Below, piece by piece: positions 28,790 to 39,242 of a stretch of 64,000 nucleotides of DNA (positions are counted from its first letter, which is position 1; each line of letters begins with the position of its first letter). The stretch comes from an uncultured bacterium (lineage in GTDB: Bacteria > Bacteroidota > Bacteroidia > Chitinophagales > CAIODY01), in contig CAIODY010000034.1 of NCBI GenBank assembly GCA_903857255.1, positions 8,127-72,126 of the forward strand, written 5' to 3'. The position numbers were made by a program, and so were the translations under genes. Below the pieces are notes generated by a model, which saw nothing but the letters and a program-made list of their open reading frames with translations, did no database searches and had not been told where the DNA came from.

Positions 28790-30361
28790 TTAAGGTGGTG
28801 TGATTTTAAAAATTTGCAAGCCGTAAATTTTACCTTCCGTGATTTCTTTAAAATTATAAAAACTTTTCAAACTATCACTTTGGTCTGTCTTCCAATGCCA
28901 ATAAAAATAATAGTTGATGTTGTTTTTTTGCAACTCGTTTTTCAATCTTTCTCTTTCATTCCAATGCACTGGGTTGATAATTACATTTTGCAAATCGGTT
29001 GCAAAACATGCGTACTGCGTATCATCGTAGTTTCCACCTTCGCCCAATACAATCCCTTTAAGTTTAAAATCGTTTTTCAATCGCATTGAAATTTCATGAA
29101 CATATTTTTCCCTATTATTCAATTGCAGAGCAAGTGTAATCGGGAAAAGATAAAATGAAATTAAAAAAAAACTGACCAATCCGATTTTAAAAACTCGAGA
29201 AAACCCATTATTTAAAATCCATTGCTCAATAAAAACACACCCGAAAATTATTGTCAGAAAATTCAAAATAAAATAATACCGATACTCACCATGCATCAAC
29301 CAATAACCCGAACAATAAACTGGCATGCTCAGCAAAAATATTTTTAGATTTTTTTTCTGATGAGTATCATTTGTTTTTTGAAATACAGTAATAGCAGTTA
29401 TTAAAAGCAATGTGAAAACAAAAACACTAAATTGATTTATTATTTCCCAAAATGCAACTAATGATTCTTTGATGTGGTTTATCTCAAATAATATGGTGCT
29501 TTTCGAATCAAAAAAGCTCACATATTTTCCTTGCACGTAAAAAACATCTTCTGTAAAATCTGTAGCTGATGAATTAGATGGAAACAAAAAAAAATGTTGC
29601 GATGAATTTATATTACGAACCCAATTGTTCAGTTCTAATGAAATATCAATTTTGCCCGAAGTGCAGTAAATTAGCCCTATTTGATACTTCTGGCTGATAA
29701 AAAAAATCCATGGCAATGCAAAAATGAAAAATGAAATAAACACAACTGCTGCATTTTTAATTTTCCAATCATTGTTTTTGTGAAAAAAAACTATGCAAAC
29801 CAAAAAGTGTAATAAAAAAAATGGAAAGAAATAGTACTTTGAGAAATAACAAAATGCTGCTGCAACTCCCAACAAAATTGCCTGCTTTACATTTTGCAAA
29901 TATTCATCCTTAAAAATCAGAAAAAAATAAAAAAATAACCCTGCCAACAAACAAATATCCACTGCTATATCAAACAGGGAATAGAGAAGCAACAGACCAG
30001 TAGCAGTAAAGGTTACAGCAATTTTCAATCGTTTGTTTTTTATTGAAAAATTACTTAAAATATTAAAAGTAAAAACTGATAAAAATCCAATCAAAACGCT
30101 TGCAACTTTGGCAGCAATAATTTTATTTAAGCCAACTAATAAAAATGGCACAATGCACCATGAAATCATCGGACTCCAAAATCCGTTGATGGCATCTTTA
30201 AAATTTCCATTTGCATATTTCACAGCTATATTCGTGTATGATTCTCCATCAGGGTCAACAAAATATTTGTAGTGTGGAAATAAAACAATTGCCATTATTA
30301 AATATAATGCAGTGCAAAAAATAAAATAATTTTTCTCGGTATATGCAATCAGTTTTTTCAT
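28790..30361 (-). CDS. Polytopic membrane glycosyltransferase, GT-C/GT39 (ArnT/PMT-like)
   Basis: More than 10 predicted TM segments. First-loop acidic motif VDPDGESY. ATGA overlap with the murF stop. Confidence 0.6.
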   Translation of the reverse strand: MKKLIAYTEKNYFIFCTALYLIMAIVLFPHYKYFVDPDGESYTNIAVKYANGNFKDAINGFWSPMISWCIVPFLLVGLNKIIAAKVASVLIGFLSVFTFNILSNFSIKNKRLKIAVTFTATGLLLLYSLFDIAVDICLLAGLFFYFFLIFKDEYLQNVKQAILLGVAAAFCYFSKYYFFPFFLLHFLVCIVFFHKNNDWKIKNAAVVFISFFIFALPWIFFISQKYQIGLIYCTSGKIDISLELNNWVRNINSSQHFFLFPSNSSATDFTEDVFYVQGKYVSFFDSKSTILFEINHIKESLVAFWEIINQFSVFVFTLLLITAITVFQKTNDTHQKKNLKIFLLSMPVYCSGYWLMHGEYRYYFILNFLTIIFGCVFIEQWILNNGFSRVFKIGLVSFFLISFYLFPITLALQLNNREKYVHEISMRLKNDFKLKGIVLGEGGNYDDTQYACFATDLQNVIINPVHWNERERLKNELQKNNINYYFYWHWKTDQSDSLKSFYNFKEITEGKIYGLQIFKITPP

Positions 30362-31647
30362 TCTACAATTTTTTCCAAAGTCATACCACGTGAGCCTTTT
30401 AATAAAAATGTGTGTTGCTGAAATTGATTTTCATACAACCAATTTTTTACTGCCTGATGATTTTCAAAACACAAAAATGAAGTTGGTCTGTTTTCAGTTT
30501 TTGCAAATTCGTTTCCAACTAAAATCACTTTTGCAAATTTTAAATTTTGTAACAACTGAATAATTTGCTGATGCTCAAACTGGCTGTGGTTGCCCAATTC
30601 AAACATATCACCCAAAATGGGAATTTTATTTTCCAATGGTAATTGTGCAAAACTTTCCAATGCTAATTTCATGCTGCTCGGGTTAGCGTTGTAACAATCT
30701 ACAATAAAATTGTTGCCATTTTTTTCTACCCATTGCGAACGATTATTGGCTGGTTTATAATTTTCAACCGCATTTTTTATTTGTGACGAACTCACACCAA
30801 AATAGCTGCCAACACAGCTTGCAGCAATTATGTTGATGAGATTATAATTACCCGAAAGTTGCGATTGAAGAGAGAATTTTTCTTCGTTGATTTTTATTTC
30901 TGCTTCTAAAAAAGGAAATGATTTTTTGATAGAACCGAAGCACCCAACTTGCAAACTATCACTATAAAATATTTGCTGTAAACCAACTGATGCAGTTTTT
31001 AAATCAATATCACTTGCGTTTACAAATGCAGTGCCATCAATGATTTTCAGGTAATCAAACAATTCAGCATTGGCTTTTTTTACACCTTCAATATTTCCAA
31101 AACCTTCTAAATGGTCTTTGCCATTATTCGTAATTAAGCCAAAATTTGGTTCAGCAATTTCACACAACCGTTTTGTTTCCAACAAATGATTGGCACCAAT
31201 TTCAATCACTGCAATTTCAGTATTCATCGGCATTTTGAGCAAAGTGATGGGAACACCAATATGGTTATTAAAATTGCCAAATGTTGTATACACTCGATAT
31301 TTTTCACTCAAAACTTTGCTTACCAATTCTTTGGTTGTTGTTTTTCCATTTGAGCCACCAATCGCAATTACTGGAATTGAAAATTGCTTGCGATGATGAT
31401 TAGCTAATTGTTGCAAACATTGCAAAACATCATCCACCAAAATACATTTTTCATTTAACACAAATCCATTTTCATCTACCACGACATAAGCTGCACCAGC
31501 ATTTAGAGCTTGTTGAGTAAATTCATTGGCATTAAATTTTTCACCTTTCAACGCAAAAAAAATATCGCCCGAATTTATTTTTCGGGTATCAGTGGTGAAC
31601 TGAAACTTTTGTTGAAGAAAAATTTTATAAAGATTTTCGATGGTCAT
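30358..31647 (-). CDS. murF: UDP-N-acetylmuramoyl-tripeptide--D-alanyl-D-alanine ligase
   Basis: Motif GGSNGKTTTKE and Mur ligase architecture. The start is taken at the internal ATG (MTIENLYKIF, 31645-31647), which removes the 32-nt overlap with ubiX. Confidence 0.9.
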   Translation of the reverse strand: MTIENLYKIFLQQKFQFTTDTRKINSGDIFFALKGEKFNANEFTQQALNAGAAYVVVDENGFVLNEKCILVDDVLQCLQQLANHHRKQFSIPVIAIGGSNGKTTTKELVSKVLSEKYRVYTTFGNFNNHIGVPITLLKMPMNTEIAVIEIGANHLLETKRLCEIAEPNFGLITNNGKDHLEGFGNIEGVKKANAELFDYLKIIDGTAFVNASDIDLKTASVGLQQIFYSDSLQVGCFGSIKKSFPFLEAEIKINEEKFSLQSQLSGNYNLINIIAASCVGSYFGVSSSQIKNAVENYKPANNRSQWVEKNGNNFIVDCYNANPSSMKLALESFAQLPLENKIPILGDMFELGNHSQFEHQQIIQLLQNLKFAKVILVGNEFAKTENRPTSFLCFENHQAVKNWLYENQFQQHTFLLKGSRGMTLEKIVE

Positions 31648-31660
31648 TTTTTCAAAAAAA

Positions 31661-32227
31661 TTATTCGCCCCATTTAAATGATTTTGTTTCAAAATCGGCT
31701 AATTGCAAAACACGGTCAATTACAGTAGCAGCAACCTGTTCAAGCGTTTGAGGTTTGGAATAAAACGATGGCGTTGCTGGGCAAATGATGCCACCAGCCA
31801 ATGTTATTGTTTCCATGTTTTTGATATGAATTAAATTCAGTGGCGTTTCACGAGTTACTAAAATTAATCGTCTTCTTTCTTTCAACATTACATCAGCAGC
31901 TCGGGTGATTAAATCATCCGAAATTCCGTTGGCAATTCTACCTAAAGTCCCCATCGAGCATGGACAAACAATTAATGTATCATAGCCAGCAGAACCACTT
32001 GCCAACGGCGAACTAAAATCATTTTTATCAAAAAATTGAAACGAATATTTTTTGAAATCTTCATTCTCTAGTTCCAATTTCCAAACTTCTTTGGCGTTAT
32101 TACTCATTACTATTCCGCATTTTTCAATTGTTGCTGAAAGCTGCGAAAGCTTATCCAATAATACTTTGGCATAAATACTTCCGCTTGCACCTGTAATAGC
32201 TATACCAATTTTTCGAGTTGAGTTCAT
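31661..32227 (-). CDS. ubiX: UbiX-family flavin prenyltransferase
   Basis: Motif IGIAITGASGSIYA; 188 aa; flavoprotein fold pattern. Confidence 0.9.
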   Translation of the reverse strand: MNSTRKIGIAITGASGSIYAKVLLDKLSQLSATIEKCGIVMSNNAKEVWKLELENEDFKKYSFQFFDKNDFSSPLASGSAGYDTLIVCPCSMGTLGRIANGISDDLITRAADVMLKERRRLILVTRETPLNLIHIKNMETITLAGGIICPATPSFYSKPQTLEQVAATVIDRVLQLADFETKSFKWGE

Positions 32228-32348
32228 GCTTCAAATATCTGCTTTTTCAATTTAAAATTGTTTGCTAAAAAAATATTTTGACAATTTGCGAAATGGTTTA
32301 TTTTTGTTGCATCTTTAATTACAAAAAACATTTACTCAATATTCAAAA

Positions 32349-32753
32349 ATGGAAAACAACAACGGAAGCGACAAGCGAATGAATGACAGTGTTTACTCTC
32401 AAAAATTTAGAGCAGGAAAGCGTCGCACATATTTTTTTGATGTTCGCAGCACCAGAGGAAATGACTATTTCATCACCTTAACAGAAAGCACCAAACGTAC
32501 TGATGGCAATGGTTACGACAAACATAAATTGTTTTTGTACAAAGAAGATTTCAATGAATTTTTAGCATTATTGAATCAAACTATCAATCATGTAAAAACA
32601 GAATTGATGCCCGATTATGACTATGATGAATTTGCAAAACGCCGGGCTGAAGCACAAAAAGCTTGGGAAGAACAACGTGCAAATGGTGGTGGCGAAACTT
32701 CTACATCAGCCGAACATCAGGAAGATGACCACAGCGATGTAGATAAATGGTAA
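32349..32753 (+). CDS. PUR-alpha-like nucleic-acid-binding protein (DUF3276 family)
   Basis: FRAGKRRTYFFDVRSTRGNDYFITLTES is characteristic of Bacteroidota DUF3276 proteins. Confidence 0.75.
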   Translation: MENNNGSDKRMNDSVYSQKFRAGKRRTYFFDVRSTRGNDYFITLTESTKRTDGNGYDKHKLFLYKEDFNEFLALLNQTINHVKTELMPDYDYDEFAKRRAEAQKAWEEQRANGGGETSTSAEHQEDDHSDVDKW

Positions 32754-33105
32754 TCGGATTTTTTTGTTTTATGCAACAACTAACAAAACATCACAGCCGA
32801 AGTAAAGTCAGCTAATATTATTCCAAAATCAATTTTCATCCATCTGATTAAAACTAACAGTGTATTTACTTTTAAAAAACTCTTATGCCTTCATTAAGCC
32901 ATAAGTGAGAAATAAATACTTAAAAAACATTGTGGTGATTTCTGAAATTTCTGAACGTATTGTTTTGAAATTATTTGGCAAACGCAAAAAATAAATAGCT
33001 GACGTAACTACTGTTGGGCATTGAAAAAATATTTATGGCTAAAAAATCAGTCGAATTTTTTCTATCTGCCCATTCATTCTCTATTTCTTTTCTTAAAAAA
33101 TTAAA

Positions 33106-34305
33106 ATGAAACTTTTCCCCAACTTAGTAAAAGGTGTAACCGAATCGCTACAATTTATTTTTGAAAAAAATTATCAAGCCGATAAAGTGCTTGATTATTT
33201 ATTTAAAGGCAATCCAAAATGGGGTGCTCGTGATAGAGCTTTCGTTGCTGAATCGGTGTATGATATGGTTCGTAGCTGGCGCAAGTTGTGGGCGATTTAT
33301 GAAAATGAAATTACTTTTCACGAACCAAAATTGATGCGCTTGTTCGCCATTTATTGGTTGTTGAAAGGCAATGATTTGCCACCTTGGGAAGAGTTTAAAG
33401 GCATTGATAAGAAATATATTTTTGATAAAGCCAAACAAAATTTTCCACGAGCAATTGAGTTTTCATTGCATGATGAATTGGATGAAATTGGTTATGTCGA
33501 ATTGGGTGAACAATGGGAAAAAGAATTAGCGGCAATGAATCAGCCAGCGAATATTGTGTTGCGAACCAACACTTTAAAAACCACCAAACGTGAGCTTCAA
33601 AAGGCTTTGCAACGCGATGATATTTTGACTTTGCCTGTTGATGAAGCACATGACGCATTAGTATTAAACGAACGAAAAAATGTTTTTGCACACCCACTTT
33701 TCAAGCAAGGTCATTTTGAAGTGCAAGATGCAGGCTCACAAATGATTGCTCAATTTTTGGATATTCAACCAGGTATGAGAGTGATTGACGCTTGTGCAGG
33801 TGCAGGCGGAAAAGCCTTGCACATTGCAGCTTTGATGGAAAACAAAGGACGTATTGTAGCAATGGATGTAGAAGAAAAAAAGTTGGCAGAGATGCGTCAA
33901 CGAGCCAGAAGAAATGGTGTGAGCATCATCGAAACAAAATTAATTGAATCCTCAAAAACAATAAAAAGATTAAAAGATACTGCTGATAGATTGTTGATGG
34001 ATGTGCCTTGCAGCGGTACTGGCGTGATGAAACGCAACCCTGATGCAAAATACAGAATTGATAAAAAATTCATCGAGCGATTACTGATTACGCAACAAGA
34101 TATTTTGCAACGCTATTCGCAAATGCTGAAACAAAAAGGGTTAATGGTATATGCTACTTGCAGTTTACTGCCTTCGGAAAATAAAATGCAGGTTGAAAAA
34201 TTTCTAAAAGCGAATGCTAACTTTGAATTGATTGATGAGAAAACCCTTTATCCATCAGCATTTGGCTTTGATGGATTTTATATGGCACGATTAAGAAAGA
34301 ACTAA
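33106..34305 (+). CDS. RsmB/NOP2/Sun-family rRNA cytosine-C5 methyltransferase
   Basis: SAM motif DACAGAGGK; catalytic motifs DVPCSGTG and ATCS. Confidence 0.85.
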   Translation: MKLFPNLVKGVTESLQFIFEKNYQADKVLDYLFKGNPKWGARDRAFVAESVYDMVRSWRKLWAIYENEITFHEPKLMRLFAIYWLLKGNDLPPWEEFKGIDKKYIFDKAKQNFPRAIEFSLHDELDEIGYVELGEQWEKELAAMNQPANIVLRTNTLKTTKRELQKALQRDDILTLPVDEAHDALVLNERKNVFAHPLFKQGHFEVQDAGSQMIAQFLDIQPGMRVIDACAGAGGKALHIAALMENKGRIVAMDVEEKKLAEMRQRARRNGVSIIETKLIESSKTIKRLKDTADRLLMDVPCSGTGVMKRNPDAKYRIDKKFIERLLITQQDILQRYSQMLKQKGLMVYATCSLLPSENKMQVEKFLKANANFELIDEKTLYPSAFGFDGFYMARLRKN

Positions 34306-35042
34306 AATTTTTTCTGAATCAAAAATTTCTCCACCTCAATTTGCTTTTTCCCCCAACTCAATTCTTTGGTTTCAACCATTTCGGTTAGTTCGTATAACAA
34401 ATGTAGTTGCTCATCAGGAGTGAGATTGCTGTTATCCACCTCAATCGCATCATCGGCTTTTCGCAGCGGACTTTCTTCTCGGGTAGAATCAATTCTATCC
34501 CGTTCTGCCAAATTATTTAGCACTTCATCCAACGAATTATTGAAGCCTTTGGCAAGCAATTCGTCATGCCGTCTTCTGGCTCTAATCATTGGATAAGCCG
34601 TGAGAAATATTTTTAGTTCGGCATCTGGAAACACAGTGGTACCAATATCTCTACCGTCCATCACTACTCCTTTTGTGGCACCAATTTTTCGCTGTTGCGC
34701 TACCATGGCTTGCCGAACAGATTTGATGGTACTCACTGGCGAAACAAAACTGCTCACTTCCATGGTTCTAATTTCTTGTTTCACATTCATACCATTCAAC
34801 CAAATTTCGGGAGCAGATTTTTCATTTAATTCAAAATGCAAATGAATATTTTTCAACGCTTCTGTTACCGCATTTTCATTTTCAATGGCAATGTGATTAC
34901 GCAAAAAATAAAGCGTTACGGCACGATACATTGCTCCTGAATCTACGTAAATATAATTTAGTTTTTGAGCTAATTGCTTTGCTACTGTGCTTTTTCCGCA
35001 ACTTGAAAAACCATCAATAGCCACAATTATTTTTTTGCTCAT
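34302..35042 (-). CDS. cmk: Cytidylate kinase
   Basis: P-loop IAIDGFSSCGKSTVAK and motif DGRDIGT. Confidence 0.9.
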   Translation of the reverse strand: MSKKIIVAIDGFSSCGKSTVAKQLAQKLNYIYVDSGAMYRAVTLYFLRNHIAIENENAVTEALKNIHLHFELNEKSAPEIWLNGMNVKQEIRTMEVSSFVSPVSTIKSVRQAMVAQQRKIGATKGVVMDGRDIGTTVFPDAELKIFLTAYPMIRARRRHDELLAKGFNNSLDEVLNNLAERDRIDSTREESPLRKADDAIEVDNSNLTPDEQLHLLYELTEMVETKELSWGKKQIEVEKFLIQKKF

Positions 35043-35078
35043 AAAATTTTAAATAGAAAAATGGAGTGATGAAAGAAA

Positions 35079-35660
35079 TTATTTTTTCTCTTTAGAGTAA
35101 GCTTCATTCATGCCTTTCAGCACATCAGGTGTTACATCCAATTCATCTTTTGCAAATAAAATTCCGCTACCTTTTTGATAACCTAAAATGTAATCAAAGT
35201 TTTTTTCTTTATTATAATTTTTCAAATAATCATGAATCTGATTAGCCAATTTATCATTCATGTCCTGCAATTTTTTTCCGTAGGCATCCTGCAATTCTTC
35301 TTTGCGTTGCATTAAGTTTTGTTGCTTGCGTTGCAAATTTTCTTGCGTCGATTGTGCTTGTGATGCAGTCATACTTGATACTTTAGCTTGTGCATCTTCA
35401 TATTCTTTTTGTAATGCAGCCGCTTGAGCATTCAATGAATTTGAATTATTTTCTTCTTCAGCTTTCAATTCATTTTTTGTTTTTACAAAAAAATCATAAT
35501 GCTCTAAAAGCGTATCGGTGTTGATGTACGCAATGTGCATGTCTTTCAAATTCATCGCAGATGGCTTTGCGTCAGCATTTGGCGATTTGAAATGAAAATA
35601 ATACAAGACTGCCACTGCAATTGCCAACACCACATTTAACCCGATTGATAAATTTTTCAT
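35079..35660 (-). CDS. OmpH/Skp-family periplasmic chaperone
   Basis: Signal/anchor segment followed by a long coiled-coil, Q/K/E-rich region; about 190 aa. Confidence 0.75.
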   Translation of the reverse strand: MKNLSIGLNVVLAIAVAVLYYFHFKSPNADAKPSAMNLKDMHIAYINTDTLLEHYDFFVKTKNELKAEEENNSNSLNAQAAALQKEYEDAQAKVSSMTASQAQSTQENLQRKQQNLMQRKEELQDAYGKKLQDMNDKLANQIHDYLKNYNKEKNFDYILGYQKGSGILFAKDELDVTPDVLKGMNEAYSKEKK

Positions 35661-35682
35661 GCTTTTATTTTTTGAAAATTAA

Positions 35683-36015
35683 TTAAGAGATTTTTTTTAC
35701 AACACCTGTGTTTTCGCCAAACATATTGGCAAAGGTTTTCATGTTCAATGCCGCTTCTTCGTTGCCAGTAGAGCGTTTCAGCGTATCAGCCATGGTGTGC
35801 AGCGTTTGATAAAAATACAAATTCATTTCTTCCACAGGCATTTCTTTTGTCCACAAATCAATTTTCAAAGTTTGTTTGGCATCACCATCCCATAATGAAA
35901 CCATCATCGCTTTGCAATCCTGTGGCTGGTTTCCAGCTTGTGATGCTTGCCACGTAATTTTTTCGGGCATTTGTTGTTTGTCTAAATCGATGTCGAAAAT
36001 AATTTGATTGGGCAT
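35683..36015 (-). CDS. gldC: Gliding motility protein GldC
   Basis: IFDIDLDKQQMPEKITWQAS...MMVSLWDGDAKQTLKIDLWTKEMPVEEMNLYFYQTL matches the GldC pattern as I remember it. The start is placed at the internal ATG (MPNQ, 36013-36015); the track's 55-aa extension looks non-coding. Confidence 0.8.
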   Translation of the reverse strand: MPNQIIFDIDLDKQQMPEKITWQASQAGNQPQDCKAMMVSLWDGDAKQTLKIDLWTKEMPVEEMNLYFYQTLHTMADTLKRSTGNEEAALNMKTFANMFGENTGVVKKIS

Positions 36016-36316
36016 TTTTAAATTCTGAATTTGGCTGCAAATGTAAGGCTTGAAATTTTTATTGTGGCAGAAAAAATGAGTAGAAAAAATTGTAGCCATG
36101 TTGGTAGAAATTAAAAACTGCTGTTGGATTTGTGGCAGGGATTGAAGCGAAAATCCTTTTGCTGCATAGGTTTTGAGCATTGGGCAAAAGATTGTAGCGG
36201 AAAGCCCGTGTGCCGCCCAACAAAATATTTTTGTGGAAGAAAAGATGCGCTATTCCTTTTGTAACAAAACATTGCAGCAAATCTGCTATTTTTGTTTTCG
36301 ATAAAAATGAAATGAA

Positions 36317-38698
36317 ATGACGAACGAAAAAGAAAAATCAGTTTTGGCTTTTGAAGATTTTAAAAAAGAAGTTTTAAAAGATTTTCAAGTTGCTTGCGAA
36401 AGCCGTGAAGCAAGTTTGCTTGGGCGAAAAGAAGTGCTGACGGGCAAAGCCAAATTTGGAATTTTTGGTGATGGGAAGGAATTGCCACAAATAGCCATGG
36501 CAAAGGCTTTTAAGAATGGTGATTGGCGTAGTGGTTATTACAGAGACCAAACTTTTATGTTGGCTGCCGAGATGGTTTCGATGCAAGAATTGTTTGCACA
36601 ATTATATGCTCATCCTGATGTGAATGCCGAACCAAATAGTGGTGGAAGGCAGATGAATGCTCACTTTGCAACACGATTAATCAATGATGATGGAAGTTGG
36701 AAATCATTAACCGATAAAAAAATCACATCGGCTGATTCGTCACCAACGGCTGGGCAAATGACTCGTAGCTTGGGTTTGGCGTTGGCTTCAAAAAAATTCA
36801 GAGAAATAAATCAATTAAAATCGTTCAATAATTTTTCGGAAAATGGTAATGAAGTTTGCTTTGTAACCATTGGCGATGCTTCCACTTCCGAAGGTCATTT
36901 TTGGGAAACCATTAATGCTGCTGGTGTTTTGAAAGTGCCGTTGGCAGTGTGTGTGTGGGATGATGGTTATGGAATTTCAGTTCCGAAAAAATATCAAACC
37001 ACCAAAGGCAGCATTAGTGAGGCTTTGAGCGGTTTTGAAATCAACGAAAACGGCGATGGCTTTTTAATTTACAAAGTGAAAGGCTGGGATTATGCGGCTT
37101 TGTGCGAAGCATTTACCGAAGGAATTTCGCTTTGCCGAAAAAATCATACGCCAGTTTTATTTCACATTGAAGAAGTTACGCAGCCGCAAGGGCACAGCAC
37201 CAGCGGTTCTCACGAGCGTTACAAATCACCTGAAAGATTGCAATTTGAAAAAGATTTTGATTGCATCGTGCAAATGAAAAAGTGGATGTTGGCAAATGCC
37301 ATCGCAAATGAAGATGAAATAAAAACGATTGAAGAAAATGCCAAACAAACTGTTTCATCGGCGAAGCAAGCGGCTTGGAACGCTTATCAGCAGCCGATTA
37401 AACAAGAAATTGCAGAAGCATGTGCAGCGTTGGATAATTTAATCAACGAAAATATTTTGGTTGAATTAGCAACGCAAATCAAACAAAATTTGCAAAGCAT
37501 TAAAGAACCTTTCCGCAAAGATATTGTGAGTGCATTAAGAAGAATTTATGCTGAAGCATCAGCTTATAATGCTTCATCTGTAAGCACTTTGAAAAATTTA
37601 ATTGACCAATACAAAGCGGAAAATAAATATCGCTACACCACAAATTTGCATAGCGAAACACCTTTGAATGCAATGAAAGTGGCAGAAGTGAAAGCGCAAT
37701 TCGATGAACAATCACCTGTGTTGAATGGCTTTGAAATTTTAAATAAATTCTTCGATGAAACATTTGCCAACAACCCGTTGGTAGTGGCTTTTGGCGAAGA
37801 TTTGGGACATATCGGCGATGTGAATCAGGGCTTTGCTGGCTTGCAAGAAAAGCATGGCATCGAACGAATTTTTGATGTAGGTATTCGTGAAGCAACTATC
37901 ATGGGACAAGGCATTGGCTTGGCGATGAGAGGCATCAGACCGATTGCCGAAATTCAATACTTGGATTATTTGCTGTATGGTTTGCAACCGTTGAGCGATG
38001 ATGTGGCAACGCTGCAATATCGCACTGCTGGCGGACAACGAGCGCCTTTGATTGTGCGTACTCGTGGACATAGATTGGAAGGAATTTGGCATACAGGTTC
38101 GCCCATGCAAATGATTTTGGGCTCACTTCGAGGGATGTATTTTTGTGTGCCACGAAATATGACACAAGCCGCTGGCATGTACAACACTTTGCTAAAAAGT
38201 GATGAACCAGGTTTAGTGATTGAATGTTTGAATGGTTATCGTTTGAAAGAAAAATTACCGAATAATATTGCTGAATTTACTGTGCCATTTGGTATGCCCG
38301 AAATTCTGCAAAGTGGCTCTGATGTTACGTTGGTAACGTATGGTAGTTGTGTTCGCATTGCACAAGAAGCGATGGAAATGCTACATAAAAAAGGTGTTTC
38401 GGTAGAGTTGATTGATGTGCAAACTTTACTACCATTCGATGTGAATCATTCGATTGTGGAATCGTTGAAAAAAACTAACCGCATTTTATTTTTTGATGAA
38501 GATGTGCCGGGTGGCGCATCTGCGTACATGATGCAACAAGTGATTGATGTGCAAGGCGGCTATTATCATTTAGATACGCCAGCCAAATGTTTGAGTGCTG
38601 TGGCAAACCGCAGTGCGTATGGAACAGACGGTGATTATTTCTGCAAACCCAGTGCTGATGATGTGTTTGATGCGGTGATGGAGTTGATGAGTATTTGA
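36317..38698 (+). CDS. Fused alpha/beta E1 component of a TPP-dependent 2-oxoacid dehydrogenase
   Basis: TPP motif IGDASTSEG in the N-terminal half; transketolase-like pyrimidine-binding half and C-terminal domain; 793 aa. Confidence 0.85.
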   Translation: MTNEKEKSVLAFEDFKKEVLKDFQVACESREASLLGRKEVLTGKAKFGIFGDGKELPQIAMAKAFKNGDWRSGYYRDQTFMLAAEMVSMQELFAQLYAHPDVNAEPNSGGRQMNAHFATRLINDDGSWKSLTDKKITSADSSPTAGQMTRSLGLALASKKFREINQLKSFNNFSENGNEVCFVTIGDASTSEGHFWETINAAGVLKVPLAVCVWDDGYGISVPKKYQTTKGSISEALSGFEINENGDGFLIYKVKGWDYAALCEAFTEGISLCRKNHTPVLFHIEEVTQPQGHSTSGSHERYKSPERLQFEKDFDCIVQMKKWMLANAIANEDEIKTIEENAKQTVSSAKQAAWNAYQQPIKQEIAEACAALDNLINENILVELATQIKQNLQSIKEPFRKDIVSALRRIYAEASAYNASSVSTLKNLIDQYKAENKYRYTTNLHSETPLNAMKVAEVKAQFDEQSPVLNGFEILNKFFDETFANNPLVVAFGEDLGHIGDVNQGFAGLQEKHGIERIFDVGIREATIMGQGIGLAMRGIRPIAEIQYLDYLLYGLQPLSDDVATLQYRTAGGQRAPLIVRTRGHRLEGIWHTGSPMQMILGSLRGMYFCVPRNMTQAAGMYNTLLKSDEPGLVIECLNGYRLKEKLPNNIAEFTVPFGMPEILQSGSDVTLVTYGSCVRIAQEAMEMLHKKGVSVELIDVQTLLPFDVNHSIVESLKKTNRILFFDEDVPGGASAYMMQQVIDVQGGYYHLDTPAKCLSAVANRSAYGTDGDYFCKPSADDVFDAVMELMSI

Positions 38699-38723
38699 TT
38701 AGCGAATTAGAAGATGAGAAAAT

Positions 38724-39218
38724 TTGAAAATGATAAAAGGCAAGATTAATACTTTCGGATTTTGGTTATACCCAATAATGATAGTGTTTTATTTTGGGTT
38801 GTTTATTTTTATGCTTTTAATTAATGAAAGCCAAAAAGATTTTATCATTAGCAGTATTTTTTGTTTCTTTTGGATTGCTATATCATTCCCAATATTTTGG
38901 AAAAACAAATTGATAACTATTGACACTTCAAATTCAAAAATCATTTTCACTCAGGTAATCACTCGACAAAATGAAATTTACAATTTCAATGAAATTGAAG
39001 GTTACGTTGATGTAATTAAAAAGCCATCACGTGGCAAATCATTTAGAGTTTTGTATTTGATGCAAAACAAAAAAATTATCAAGAAAATTTCAGCATTTAC
39101 TTTCTCGAACTTAGATGAATTGGAAAGTGGGTTAAAGCCCATAAAATATTTTGGGCGAATTAATGACTCGTATTCTCTTCGATTCAAAACTTTATTTAGA
39201 AAAGATATAACAGTATAA
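38724..39218 (+). CDS. Hypothetical membrane protein (2 TM segments plus a small soluble domain)
   Basis: ORF with two hydrophobic helices. No family recognised. Confidence 0.45.
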   Translation: MKMIKGKINTFGFWLYPIMIVFYFGLFIFMLLINESQKDFIISSIFCFFWIAISFPIFWKNKLITIDTSNSKIIFTQVITRQNEIYNFNEIEGYVDVIKKPSRGKSFRVLYLMQNKKIIKKISAFTFSNLDELESGLKPIKYFGRINDSYSLRFKTLFRKDITV

Positions 39219-39242
39219 CAAAGCTCCGTTCTTTAAAAAACC

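Noticed and set aside
31647-31692. An apparent 32-nt overlap between murF and ubiX.
   Set aside because: It is resolved by using the internal ATG (MTIENLYKIF) as the murF start. The overlap is an artefact of longest-ORF calling.
32754-33105. A 350-bp non-coding gap upstream of the rRNA methyltransferase gene, inspected for an RNA gene or riboswitch. Contains a small atttctgaa duplication and a weak cttatg/cataag hairpin.
   Set aside because: No extended helices, no known riboswitch or RNase P/SRP/6S signature that I can recognise. Probably just a long promoter region.
36016-36280. The 55-aa N-terminal extension of the GldC ORF, and the overlapping 73-aa ORF at 36059-36280.
   Set aside because: GldC homology as I recall it starts at MPNQIIFDIDL. 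The extension is Cys/Phe/His-rich and looks non-coding. The region is more plausibly the divergent promoter spacer shared with the E1 gene.
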